NCBI GenBank assembly: GCA_963635945.1
Contig: CAVHIJ010000001.1
Coordinates: 31,244 to 87,064 of the forward strand
Reading direction: 5' to 3'
From: a bacterium
GTDB lineage: Bacteria > Bacillota > Negativicutes > Veillonellales > Dialisteraceae
DNA length: 55,821 nucleotides
The notes below the pieces were generated by a model that was given only the letters and a program-made list of their open reading frames with translations, did not search any database and had not been told where the DNA came from. The translations under genes were made by a program, and so were the position numbers. Positions 1-8,917 of this stretch are shown piece after piece. Each line of letters begins with the position of its first letter. Within the stretch, counting starts at the first letter, position 1.

Positions 1-101
1 GGATAAAGACGGAAACGGGAAAATTCCGTACGCATATGCGTGTTGCTTTGGAAAACGACGGACCGGTCACAATTTTGCTTGACAGTGAAAAGACATTTTG
101 A
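1..101 (+). CDS. dtd: D-aminoacyl-tRNA deacylase, C-terminal fragment (gene begins upstream of window)
   Basis: Frame 3 reads ...[27 protein letters not shown] with TGA at 99-101. The NDGPVT-x-x-LDS tail matches the conserved Dtd C-terminus. It is absent from the ORF track because no start lies in the window. Confidence 0.7.
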   Translation, partial: IKTETGKFRTHMRVALENDGPVTILLDSEKTF

Positions 102-159
102 CGAAAGTTTCGATTTTACCGAAATTTTGAAATATACGGATGGAGAAGGGGGAATCATT

Positions 160-795
160 TTGAAAATCACATACATGATATTGGGACCGTTTCAGACAAA
201 TACATATATCGTTTGGGATGAAAAGACGCAAAATGCGATTGTCATAGATCCCAGTTTTACTCCGGAATACATCGAAAGGGCCGTCACGGAATTGGGCGTT
301 TCCGTAAAAAAGATTTTCCTCACTCATGCGCATGTGGATCATATGGCGGGGTTGAATTTTATGCGGGATAAACATCCGGAGGCCGAGGTATATATGCATG
401 AGGCGGATTTGCCTTATCTCAAAAACCGAATGCTGAATTTGTCGAATATGGTGGGAAACGATTTGCATTGTGCTCCGCCGGATATGTTCGTGAAGCAGGG
501 GCAGCATATTACGATGGATTCGATGGATTTTGAAGTATTGGAAACGCCGGGGCATACGCCGGGCGGAGTATCGTATTACGAAAAGTCGGCGGGTATCGTT
601 TTCACGGGGGATTCGCTCTTTGAAAGTTCGATCGGGCGGACGGATTTTCCGGGCGGCAGTATGTCGACGCTTGTCATGAGCATCAAAAATCAACTTTTTA
701 CGCTACCCGATGAAACGCATGTTCTTTCCGGGCACGGGGATCCGACTTCGATAGGTCGCGAAAAGAAATACAATCCTTTTTTGCAGGGGGTCTGA
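160..795 (+). CDS. MBL-fold metallo-hydrolase (hydroxyacylglutathione hydrolase-like)
   Basis: HxHxDH motif (THAHVDHM) and a later GHTPG. TTG at 160 lies 7 nt after GGAGAAGGGGG and gives the family-typical N-terminus (M)KITYMILGPFQTNTYIV. The ORF-track start at 40 would overlap the dtd tail. ATG 175 is an alternative start. Confidence 0.85.
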   Translation: MKITYMILGPFQTNTYIVWDEKTQNAIVIDPSFTPEYIERAVTELGVSVKKIFLTHAHVDHMAGLNFMRDKHPEAEVYMHEADLPYLKNRMLNLSNMVGNDLHCAPPDMFVKQGQHITMDSMDFEVLETPGHTPGGVSYYEKSAGIVFTGDSLFESSIGRTDFPGGSMSTLVMSIKNQLFTLPDETHVLSGHGDPTSIGREKKYNPFLQGV

Positions 796-796
796 T

Positions 797-1849
797 ATGT
801 GGCGGAGTGCTGAGTTTTGGCTGCGAATTGCGGCTGTGGGCATTGTCATTCTGACGGTTTATTTTGCCCCGCAAATATTGTTTCCTTTCGGGCTTTCGCT
901 GTTTTTGGCCATCTTACTGAAACCTTTGGCGGATTTTTTTCAGAAAACGGCGGAGCATTTCTTCGTACGGAAGTTTCCGTATGATATTTCGATAGTGGGT
1001 GCGTTTCTGACATTTTTGGCCGCTTTGTATCTTATTGTTTTATATGTCTTGGTACCTTTCGGGAAACAGTTTCGGGAATTTGTCAAAGAAATTCCGGGAT
1101 TGATTGTCGAAGTGCAGGAAGCGATTGCGGAAATTGAGATGCAATACAATGTGGCGGCGCTTCCTGATGAAGGAAAACAAATTATTGCCAAATTGTTGCA
1201 GGAAATCGGAAGTTATACATTGTCGCTGGCTTCTTTCAGTCTGTCGGCGGTATTTTCGCTGGCTTCCACGATGGTGGAGCTTGTCGTCGTGCCGGTCATC
1301 ACGTTCTATATGATGAAAACAGGCGGAAACTTTATCCGCGGTTTCATTGCATTGTTTCCCAAGCGGTATGAAGTACATCTCACCGATCTTTTCGGGGAAA
1401 TGCATCGCGTGCTGTCGGCTTATATCACCGGGCAGCTCACACTTTCCGTTTTAATGACGATTGTGGTGTTTCTCGGTATGTTGGCGCTCGGAATTCCGTA
1501 TCCTTTGGTCGTCGGCCTGCTGGCCGGTATCGTGGAAATGATTCCCGTCGTGGGGCCGATAGCCGGTGCGGTTCCTCCGATACTTTTGGGGCTGACGGAA
1601 AGCACGGCTTTAGCGGTGCAGGTTTTGGTTTTCTACATTGTAGTGCAGCAATTGGATTCTCATATCATAATGCCCAAACTGATGGGAAGTATTATCGATA
1701 TGCATCCGGTAGCCATTATTCTGGGTGTTTTGATCGGCGGTCATCTTTACGGGATTGTTGGCATGATGATTGCGGTGCCCGTTTTGGCGGTTTTGCAGAT
1801 TTTGCTTCGGCATATGTGGTTTTATAATCGATACAGTCGTCGGGGGTAA
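797..1849 (+). CDS. AI-2E family transporter (UPF0118/PerM-like permease)
   Basis: 350-aa polytopic membrane protein with the family-typical C-terminal helices (GMMIAVPVLAVLQ). The start lies 1 nt after the upstream stop. Confidence 0.85.
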   Translation: MWRSAEFWLRIAAVGIVILTVYFAPQILFPFGLSLFLAILLKPLADFFQKTAEHFFVRKFPYDISIVGAFLTFLAALYLIVLYVLVPFGKQFREFVKEIPGLIVEVQEAIAEIEMQYNVAALPDEGKQIIAKLLQEIGSYTLSLASFSLSAVFSLASTMVELVVVPVITFYMMKTGGNFIRGFIALFPKRYEVHLTDLFGEMHRVLSAYITGQLTLSVLMTIVVFLGMLALGIPYPLVVGLLAGIVEMIPVVGPIAGAVPPILLGLTESTALAVQVLVFYIVVQQLDSHIIMPKLMGSIIDMHPVAIILGVLIGGHLYGIVGMMIAVPVLAVLQILLRHMWFYNRYSRRG

Positions 1850-1854
1850 GAGAA

Positions 1855-2310
1855 ATGAAACAGTCGAATGTGATGAATACGCTCAGAAAGCGGATTAAAG
1901 ATCACAAATACAAATTTACGAGCCAGCGGCAAATTATTTTGCAGGCTTTTTTGGACAGCAAAGAAAATCATATGAGTGCCGAAGATGTGTATGCGGCAGT
2001 GAAGGATGAGAATCCGGACATCGGGCTTGCGACGATTTATCGCTCTTTGGATTTATTTACGGCGCTGGATTTGCTTAAAAAATTGGATTTCGGCGACGGA
2101 AGAAATCGTTACGAGCTCAATGATCACAATTTGCAAAATTCTCATCATCATTTGATTTGCCTGGGATGCGGACGGGTCGTGGAATTCCCGTATGACGGGC
2201 TGGAAGAGGTCAAAAAGGAAATCGCAAAGGAAAACGGTTTCGAAGTGGTGGACTCTCAGCTTAAAGTGTACGGGTATTGCACGGAATGCAGAGGAGCGCA
2301 TAAAGAGTGA
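1855..2310 (+). CDS. Fur family transcriptional regulator (Fur/PerR/Zur type not resolved)
   Basis: 151 aa with an N-terminal winged helix. Metal-site motifs HHHLICLGCG and YGYCTEC are present. Confidence 0.85.
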   Translation: MKQSNVMNTLRKRIKDHKYKFTSQRQIILQAFLDSKENHMSAEDVYAAVKDENPDIGLATIYRSLDLFTALDLLKKLDFGDGRNRYELNDHNLQNSHHHLICLGCGRVVEFPYDGLEEVKKEIAKENGFEVVDSQLKVYGYCTECRGAHKE

Positions 2311-3692
2311 CGTATTTTTATGAAGGATTAGTTTCCGAGGCGTCCGCTGTAGCACAGGTGTTTCTGTATTTCGGAATTTCTCATGCGCAAAAGGAAAAGG
2401 CGGATTGGAAACTTTTTCTTTCGCCCGATGGGTATTTGCGCCTTTCGGGGCCGGGCGGATTTACGGGAGAGGCCGAAGTTTCTTCCCGTGGAGAATCGGT
2501 ACATGTCCTGATGGAAATGCTTGAGGAAAAAACGGGGAAACCGCCGGGACCGTGGGGCGAATTGCTCGGGATGAGACCGACGAAAGCGCTTTGGCGTTTT
2601 TTGGCGGATGGGGATTGGGAAACAAAATCCCGCGCGTATCTTCGCCGGAAAAAGGTATCGACAGATGTGGAAAATCTTCTGATTGATACGGTTTCCCGGC
2701 AGGTGGAAGCCGCACGGAGCGTGACAACCGATTGCATTTCTTTTTACACGCATGTGCCGTTTTGTCCCACACAATGTTCATATTGTTCGTTTCCTTCTGC
2801 GGTCGCGAGGGAGGGAGAGGCGCTTGCGTCGTATACGGATGCACTTTGCGAAGATATACGGGATGCGGAAAGTCTTCTTCGCGAGACGGGACTGCATGTG
2901 ACGAGTCTGTATATGGGCGGCGGTACGCCGACGATTTTGACGGCCGAGCAGTTGCGGCGTGTGCTTTCGGCCGTGCGTCATGCGGTGAGTGAAGCGCCCG
3001 AAAAAGAATGGACGGTAGAAGCGGGTCGCCCCGATACGATGACGGAGGGAAAGTTGGCCGTCTTGGCAAATGCCGGTGTAAATCGAATTTCCGTCAATCC
3101 GCAGACGATGCAAGATCGGATTTTGAAAAAGATTTCTCGTGCGCATACTTGTGCCGATATTTCGGAGGCTTTGAAAACCGTACGAAAATTCGGTTTCCGT
3201 ACGGTGAATATGGATTTCATTTGCGGGCTTCCGGGGCAGAAACTTTCCGATATGGCGGAAAATTTGGATGCGATTTGCCAATACGGGCCGGAAAATGTTA
3301 CAATTCACACGCTGGCGATGAAACGGGGAAGTCCGTTTTTCGGAGGCTGGGCGAAATGGGATTTGCCGCAAAGTGGAGAAGTTTCCGAAATGCTGGCTCT
3401 TTCGAGGGAGCGCTTGACTGAGGCCGGATATCATCCGTATTATTTGTATCGGCAAAAATACATGACGGAAGATTTCGCCAATGTTGGGTATGCGCTTTCC
3501 GGGCATGATTCGCTGTATAATATTCAGGTCATCGGTGAGCATGAGCATGTGCTCGGGGCGGGGGCCGGCTCGGTGACGAAACGGATTAAAAATATGTATC
3601 GACTCGAAAAATTGTATATGCCGAAAAATTCGTCGGTATATGAAAATCGACTCAAAGATCTTTGCCTGAGAAGGAAAAGTTTATTTTTGTGA
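2307..3692 (+). CDS. hemZ: HemN-family radical SAM protein, HemZ-like (coproporphyrinogen dehydrogenase-like)
   Basis: CxxxCxxC radical-SAM motif (CPTQCSYCSF) sits about 160 aa from the N-terminus, as in HemZ rather than HemN/HemW. The GTG start overlaps the Fur stop (GTGA). Confidence 0.7.
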   Translation: MTYFYEGLVSEASAVAQVFLYFGISHAQKEKADWKLFLSPDGYLRLSGPGGFTGEAEVSSRGESVHVLMEMLEEKTGKPPGPWGELLGMRPTKALWRFLADGDWETKSRAYLRRKKVSTDVENLLIDTVSRQVEAARSVTTDCISFYTHVPFCPTQCSYCSFPSAVAREGEALASYTDALCEDIRDAESLLRETGLHVTSLYMGGGTPTILTAEQLRRVLSAVRHAVSEAPEKEWTVEAGRPDTMTEGKLAVLANAGVNRISVNPQTMQDRILKKISRAHTCADISEALKTVRKFGFRTVNMDFICGLPGQKLSDMAENLDAICQYGPENVTIHTLAMKRGSPFFGGWAKWDLPQSGEVSEMLALSRERLTEAGYHPYYLYRQKYMTEDFANVGYALSGHDSLYNIQVIGEHEHVLGAGAGSVTKRIKNMYRLEKLYMPKNSSVYENRLKDLCLRRKSLFL

Positions 3693-3706
3693 AATAAAGG
3701 GGTGTC

Positions 3707-4975
3707 ATGATGCAGGCATTGCGCGGAACACAGGATATTTTGCCCGCCGACGCATATAAATGGAATTATGTGGAAGGCGTCATTCGGGATTTGTGTCAGA
3801 AATACGGATACGGGGAAATTCGTACGCCGATTTTCGAAGCAACGGAACTTTTTCAACGAGGTATCGGCGATACGACGGATGTCGTGACGAAGGAAATGTA
3901 TACGTTTACGGATCGCGGCGGTCGCAGCTGTACGCTTCGGCCTGAAAATACGGCATCGGCTGTTCGTGCGTATCTGGAACATAAATTGTACGGCGATCAG
4001 CAGGTGCACAAACTTTTTTATATCGGATCGATGTTTCGGTACGACCGTCCGCAGGCTGGGCGGTATCGCGAATTTCACCAATTTGGGGTGGAAGTGCTCG
4101 GAGCCGATTCTCCGGCAGCGGATGCGGAAGCCATTTCTCTGGCGTATACACTGTTTCAAAAATTGGGGCTTAAAGATTTGGTGCTTCACATCAATTCCAT
4201 CGGTTGTCCGAAATGTCGGCCGGTGTACCGTCGGACTTTGATTGATTATTTCCGCGCATCCGATGAGCCTTTGTGTGAAGATTGCCTGGAGCGTCTCGAA
4301 AAAAATCCGCTTCGCGTGTTGGATTGCAAGGAAGATTCCAAGAAGGAAAGCGTGAAACATGCGCCCGAAATCACGGATTATCTTTGCGAGGAATGCCTTG
4401 AAAAATACGAGGCTTTGAAGAAATACCTGACGGCGCTCGGCATCCCGTACGAAGAAGATCCGCGGCTGGTGCGAGGGCTCGATTATTATACGAATACAGC
4501 TTTTGAAATACAGTACACGCCGCTGGGAGCGCAGAGTGCCATTTGCGGTGGTGGTCGATACGATGGACTGGTTGAAGAAATCGGCGGGCCGCATACGCCG
4601 AGTGTGGGATTTGCCGTGGGACTTGAGCGTCTGCTTTTGGCGCTTGAAATGCAGCATTTGATTCCGGAACCCGTCCGGACGGGGCATGTTTATATCGCAG
4701 CTTTGGGGAAGGATGCCATGGCAGCCGGCATGAAAATTCAGCAGGAACTTCGCGCAAAAGGTATTTCGACCGATATGGATTTGCAGGGAAAGAGCTTGAA
4801 AGGACAAATGAAACAGGCCGGAAAATCCGGAGCCGCGGTGACGGTCATCATCGGAGAAGATGAATTGGCCAAAGGGGAAGCGGTTGTCAAAAATATGGAT
4901 GCGGGGACGCAGGAAAATATTTCTTTTGAAACGGTATCTTCCTATATCGCAAATGGAGAATTTGCGGTAAAATAA
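3707..4975 (+). CDS. hisS: histidine--tRNA ligase
   Basis: 422 aa class II aaRS. N-terminus MMQALRGTQDILP, plus FRYDRPQAGRYREFHQ and GGGRYDGL motifs. Confidence 0.95.
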   Translation: MMQALRGTQDILPADAYKWNYVEGVIRDLCQKYGYGEIRTPIFEATELFQRGIGDTTDVVTKEMYTFTDRGGRSCTLRPENTASAVRAYLEHKLYGDQQVHKLFYIGSMFRYDRPQAGRYREFHQFGVEVLGADSPAADAEAISLAYTLFQKLGLKDLVLHINSIGCPKCRPVYRRTLIDYFRASDEPLCEDCLERLEKNPLRVLDCKEDSKKESVKHAPEITDYLCEECLEKYEALKKYLTALGIPYEEDPRLVRGLDYYTNTAFEIQYTPLGAQSAICGGGRYDGLVEEIGGPHTPSVGFAVGLERLLLALEMQHLIPEPVRTGHVYIAALGKDAMAAGMKIQQELRAKGISTDMDLQGKSLKGQMKQAGKSGAAVTVIIGEDELAKGEAVVKNMDAGTQENISFETVSSYIANGEFAVK

Positions 4976-5077
4976 GAAAATGTGAATGTATGGCGGATGC
5001 GGAAACCGATTTTTATCGTGATGGGTACAAATGAGAATGTTCGCCGATGGAATCATAGTTTTAAAGAGGTGCAAAAT

Positions 5078-6880
5078 ATGGAAACAATGAAGGGTATGTC
5101 GAGATCGTGCTGTTGCGGAAACGTCTCCGAAGCGGATGTCGGTAAGGAATTGGTTCTGGCCGGTTGGGTGCAGAGACGTCGCGATCACGGCGGGCTGATT
5201 TTTATCGATCTTCGCGATCGTTCCGGGATTGTACAGTTGGTTATGTCACCGCAATACGGAGAGGACGCTTTCCATAAAGCGGAAGATGTGAGAAATGAAT
5301 ATGTACTGGCCGTAAGAGGCAAAGTTCGCGGAAGAAGTGAAGACACGATTAATCCGAAAATGCCGACGGGGACAGTCGAAGTCGTCGTTTCCGAACTTCG
5401 CGTACTGAATAAAGCCAAGACGCCGCCTTTCTATATCGAAGACGGAATCGATGTAGATGAAAATGTTCGTCTGCGTTACCGGTACATGGATCTTCGTCGC
5501 CCGGAAATGCAGCAACATCTCATCATGCGTCACAAAATTACGCATTCCATGAGAAACTTTTTGGATGACAACGGTTTCCTCGAATTGGAAACGCCGATGC
5601 TGACGAAATCTACGCCGGAGGGGGCGCGTGATTATTTGGTACCGAGCCGTGTAAATCCCGGGAAATTTTATGCGCTTCCGCAGTCTCCGCAGCTCTTTAA
5701 GCAGCTTTTGATGGTTTCCGGATTTGAACGGTATTTCCAGGTGGCACGTTGTTTCCGCGATGAAGATTTGCGTGCGGACCGTCAGCCGGAATTCACGCAG
5801 CTCGATATGGAACTGTCCTTTGAAGATCAGGATTTCATCTTGGGTCTCATGGAACAGATGATGAAAAAAGTTTTCAAAGAAGTGCTGGATGTCGAAATTG
5901 AGACACCGTTTAAGCGTATTACCTGGGATGATGCGATGAATCTTTACGGTTCCGATAAGCCGGATCTTCGTTTTGATATGCATTTCTATGATATTTCCGA
6001 TTTGCTTCGCGATTGTGATTTTCGTGTATTCCGTTCCGTTTTGGATAACGGCGGTGTCGTGAAAGCGATTAATGTCAAAGGGGATGCGGAGATTCCTCGA
6101 CGCGAATTGGACGGGCTTGTCGATTATTGCGCACAGTACGGGGCTAAAGGGATGGCATGGATCGGTTTCCAGAAAGACGGTGCGCTGAAATGCCAGATCA
6201 CGAAATTCCTCGGTGAAGAAAAAATTCGTGAAATCGGGAAATATTGCGAAGCCGAAGAGGGCGATTTGATTCTCATTATTGCCGATAAACCGAAAGTGGT
6301 GGCGCAGGCGTTGGGCGAACTTCGTTTGGAAATGGGACGCCGCATGAATCTTATTGATCCTGATGCATTTTGTTTCCGCTGGGTCACGGATTTTCCGATG
6401 TTTGAATACAGCGAAGAGGAAAAACGTTATGTGGCCGAGCATCATCCTTTCACTGCACCGCGCGATGAGGATGTGCAGTATCTGCTGACGGATCCGTCGA
6501 AAGTCTATGCGAAGGCGTACGATATGGTTTTGAACGGCGTCGAAGCGGGCGGCGGTTCTCTTCGTATTTATCAGGAAGATTTGCAACAGAAAGTATTTGA
6601 AGCTATCGGTATAACGGATGAAGAAGCGCAGGAAAAATTCGGTTTCCTTTTGGATGCGTTTAAGTACGGGGCGCCGCCGCATGCCGGCATTGCGCTGGGG
6701 CTCGATCGCCTTGTCATGCTGATGCTTCGCTGTAAGACGATTCGCGATGTCATCGCATTCCCGAAGACGCAGAGCGCCATCGATCAGATGACGAAAGCGC
6801 CGGGTACGGTGACGGATAAACAGCTCAAGGAATTGCACATTAAACTTGATGTGAAGAAAGAACAGAATATTACCGTGTAA
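5078..6880 (+). CDS. aspS: aspartate--tRNA ligase
   Basis: ATG 5078 lies 6 nt after AAAGAGGTG. OB-fold N-terminus (GWVQRRRDHGGLIFIDLRDRSG), FRDEDLRADRQPEFTQLD, and GLDR near the C-terminus. The ORF-track start at 4982 lacks an RBS. Confidence 0.93.
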   Translation: METMKGMSRSCCCGNVSEADVGKELVLAGWVQRRRDHGGLIFIDLRDRSGIVQLVMSPQYGEDAFHKAEDVRNEYVLAVRGKVRGRSEDTINPKMPTGTVEVVVSELRVLNKAKTPPFYIEDGIDVDENVRLRYRYMDLRRPEMQQHLIMRHKITHSMRNFLDDNGFLELETPMLTKSTPEGARDYLVPSRVNPGKFYALPQSPQLFKQLLMVSGFERYFQVARCFRDEDLRADRQPEFTQLDMELSFEDQDFILGLMEQMMKKVFKEVLDVEIETPFKRITWDDAMNLYGSDKPDLRFDMHFYDISDLLRDCDFRVFRSVLDNGGVVKAINVKGDAEIPRRELDGLVDYCAQYGAKGMAWIGFQKDGALKCQITKFLGEEKIREIGKYCEAEEGDLILIIADKPKVVAQALGELRLEMGRRMNLIDPDAFCFRWVTDFPMFEYSEEEKRYVAEHHPFTAPRDEDVQYLLTDPSKVYAKAYDMVLNGVEAGGGSLRIYQEDLQQKVFEAIGITDEEAQEKFGFLLDAFKYGAPPHAGIALGLDRLVMLMLRCKTIRDVIAFPKTQSAIDQMTKAPGTVTDKQLKELHIKLDVKKEQNITV

Positions 6881-6892
6881 TGACATGTTTGG

Positions 6893-6922
6893 GAAAGCTC
6901 CTTTGCGGGAGCTTTTTCTTTT
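6893..6922 (+). terminator. rho-independent terminator after aspS
   Basis: GAAAGCTCC-tttgc-GGGAGCTTT stem followed by a T-run. Confidence 0.8.
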
Positions 6923-7047
6923 GGTGGGATGTCTTTCTTTTGAAAATTTTAAAGAATCTCGAAACTGTGATAAAATAAATAAATAACGGATGGAAAACGA
7001 TGGGAAATTTTTGAAACGAATCGGCGGAATCGCAGTTTCTTTTCGTC

Positions 7048-8070
7048 ATGGAGGGCAGTTTGAAATTTCTCGGGCATTTGTATGGACAAAAGAAACTCAA
7101 AGCAAGGCTGTCTTCTCTTTGCGAGGACGGAAAGCTTCCTCATACTTTGATTTTTTACGGAGATGAGGGGCTCGGAAAGACGACGGCCGCTTTTGATTTG
7201 GCTGCGTTTCTGACGGGAAAGGATTTGCATAAAGATATTTCTTTCTGGAATTCGGAGGAAGCAGACAAGGAATTTCTTTTGGTTTCTCAATCCGGGCGTG
7301 TTTATTACATCAGACCCATCGGTTTGGGGCAGACGCTTCGCATTGATCAGTTTCGACGGTTTTTGGAAGAAATGGCGACATTTGATGATGCGGTGAGAGT
7401 TTGTATTATCGATGAAGCGCAGGGGATGCGTCGGGAAATTGCCAATGCGATTTTGAAAACTTTGGAAGAACCGCCGCAAAATTTGTATTTCATTTTGATT
7501 ACACATGAATTGGAAGCGCTTTTGCCGACGATTGTGTCGCGCGGGGCAAGATTTCCTTTTTTCGCTCTTTCCGAGAATGAATTCACGGCACTTGTGAAAG
7601 CACGTCGGGAAGAATTTCATTTGGATACGGCGGAGGAGATTCGGAACGCATTTTTGCTTTCGGAGGGGAATCCGGGGCTTACCGCGGAAATGTTTGCCGA
7701 TGGGGGCGCCAAACAACCGGAGGCTGCTATGGATGTGTGGGATGTTGTGACGCAGAGTCGGATTCCTTTTACGGAAGGAACGGGGCTTTTGCCGAAGGAT
7801 CGCACGGAGCTTCGGCGGATGCTTCGTTGGATGATGCTGATTGCCGGGGATCTTTTGGTCAAAAATGCCGCACCGGAAGGGGATTTTGCCAGGTGTCGGG
7901 GCATTTTGGGGCGTGAGGAAGCGATTTTGCGTTTTTGGGATGAGGATTGCGCCGAAAAAGCGATTGGAGTGTTGCGGACGGCCGAGACGGCTTGTCGGCT
8001 GAATATGTCTCTCAAAAGTATTTGGGATACGGTTTTGATTGAACTGATGCGAATCCGAAAGGAAGTATGA
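7048..8070 (+). CDS. holB: DNA polymerase III subunit delta prime
   Basis: AAA+ clamp-loader-like N-terminus (HTLIFYGDEGLGKTTAA, IIDEAQ, TLEEPP). Sits upstream of ricT as in Bacillus. Confidence 0.8.
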   Translation: MEGSLKFLGHLYGQKKLKARLSSLCEDGKLPHTLIFYGDEGLGKTTAAFDLAAFLTGKDLHKDISFWNSEEADKEFLLVSQSGRVYYIRPIGLGQTLRIDQFRRFLEEMATFDDAVRVCIIDEAQGMRREIANAILKTLEEPPQNLYFILITHELEALLPTIVSRGARFPFFALSENEFTALVKARREEFHLDTAEEIRNAFLLSEGNPGLTAEMFADGGAKQPEAAMDVWDVVTQSRIPFTEGTGLLPKDRTELRRMLRWMMLIAGDLLVKNAAPEGDFARCRGILGREEAILRFWDEDCAEKAIGVLRTAETACRLNMSLKSIWDTVLIELMRIRKEV

Positions 8071-8915
8071 TGGAACAGGTAGTGGGAATTCGTTTTAAAA
8101 GAGCCGGTAAAATTTATTATTTTGCGCCGGGGGAGTTGGCTCTTTCTTTGGATGATGCCGTCATTGTGGAAACGGCTCGGGGAATGGAGTGCGGGTATGT
8201 GGCTCTGACGCCGCGCGAAGTGGAGCGGAATCCGGAGGACGGTGAGCTTAAAAACGTAATTCGTCGGGCGACGACGAAGGATTTGGTGCAAATTGAAAGA
8301 AACCATGAGCGGGAAGCGCAGGCTTTTGATATTTGCAAGGAAAAAATCGTCAAATGGAATTGCCCGATGAAGCTTTTACGTGCGGAATACACGTTTGATC
8401 GGTCCAAAATTGTGTTTTTCTTCACGGCGGACGGTCGTGTCGATTTTCGAGATTTAGTAAAGGATTTGGCATCCGTTTTCCATACTAGAATCGAACTTCG
8501 TCAGGTGGGGGTGCGCGATGAAGCCAAGCAGGTTTCCGGTATCGGTCCCTGCGGTCGGCCGCTTTGCTGTGCTTCTTTTTTGGGAGAATTTTCACCGGTT
8601 TCCATCAAAATGGCAAAAGTACAGGGTTTGTCTCTGAATCCGACGAAAATTTCCGGTGTGTGCGGTCGTCTGATGTGTTGTCTGCGGTATGAGAATGATA
8701 TGTATACTTCGGGTGAGTTGAAATGTCAGAAGCTCATGAGCGGAGATAAACGCGGCAATGATTCGACGCCGCCTCGTGTGGGGATGAAGGTTGTCACGGA
8801 TAACGGTGACGGTGTCATCGTCTATGTCAATCAGGGAAAGAGATTGGCGAAGGTACAGCTTTCCGGGCAAAAGACGAAAATGATTCCTTGGGATGAAATC
8901 GTTCCGGTGGAATAA
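8067..8915 (+). CDS. ricT: PSP1 domain protein (YaaT/RicT-like regulatory iron-sulfur protein)
   Basis: VGIRFKRAGKIYYF N-terminus, PSP1 core and a Cys cluster (CGRPLCC...CGRLMCCLRYE). ATGA overlap with the holB stop. Confidence 0.85.
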   Translation: MMEQVVGIRFKRAGKIYYFAPGELALSLDDAVIVETARGMECGYVALTPREVERNPEDGELKNVIRRATTKDLVQIERNHEREAQAFDICKEKIVKWNCPMKLLRAEYTFDRSKIVFFFTADGRVDFRDLVKDLASVFHTRIELRQVGVRDEAKQVSGIGPCGRPLCCASFLGEFSPVSIKMAKVQGLSLNPTKISGVCGRLMCCLRYENDMYTSGELKCQKLMSGDKRGNDSTPPRVGMKVVTDNGDGVIVYVNQGKRLAKVQLSGQKTKMIPWDEIVPVE

Positions 8916-8917
8916 AT

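Noticed and set aside
4982-5077. N-terminal extensions in ORF-track entries: aspS 4982, ABC ATPase 15109, hpf 16479, tkt-C 24923, mraZ 26529, murF 29944, murC 34820, ddl 36249, heptosyltransferase 40956, uraA 43808, ACT 48980, adenosyltransferase 53208 and others
   Set aside because: The extensions overlap the preceding gene or promoter and lack an RBS. An internal ATG with a good RBS reproduces the family-typical N-terminus in each case.
3524-5188. 554-aa ORF on the minus strand, along with similar long antisense ORFs at 5246-6886, 11457-12590, 12885-14039, 38031-39296, 43709-45094 and 49804-51039
   Set aside because: All lie antisense to confidently identified housekeeping genes, mostly in codon register with them. 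Their products are low-complexity, Arg/His/Phe-rich and match no family I recognise. They are explained by avoidance of TTA, CTA and TCA codons on the sense strand (shadow ORFs).
6971-6990. Short (AAAT)3 repeat, and an A7 run in the ftsQ coding sequence (around 37320-37330), as possible phase-variation tracts
   Set aside because: The tracts are too short for efficient slipped-strand mispairing. The A-run simply encodes a Lys-rich tail.
6881-7047. Possible 6S RNA or other sRNA downstream of aspS (from memory, Bacillus encodes 6S-1 near aspS), and similarly in the 265-nt rsmI-yacL gap (10506-10769)
   Set aside because: I see no long end-to-end complementary arms with a central bubble. The regions are accounted for by a terminator plus AT-rich promoter sequence. 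A covariance-model scan would be needed to exclude this fully.
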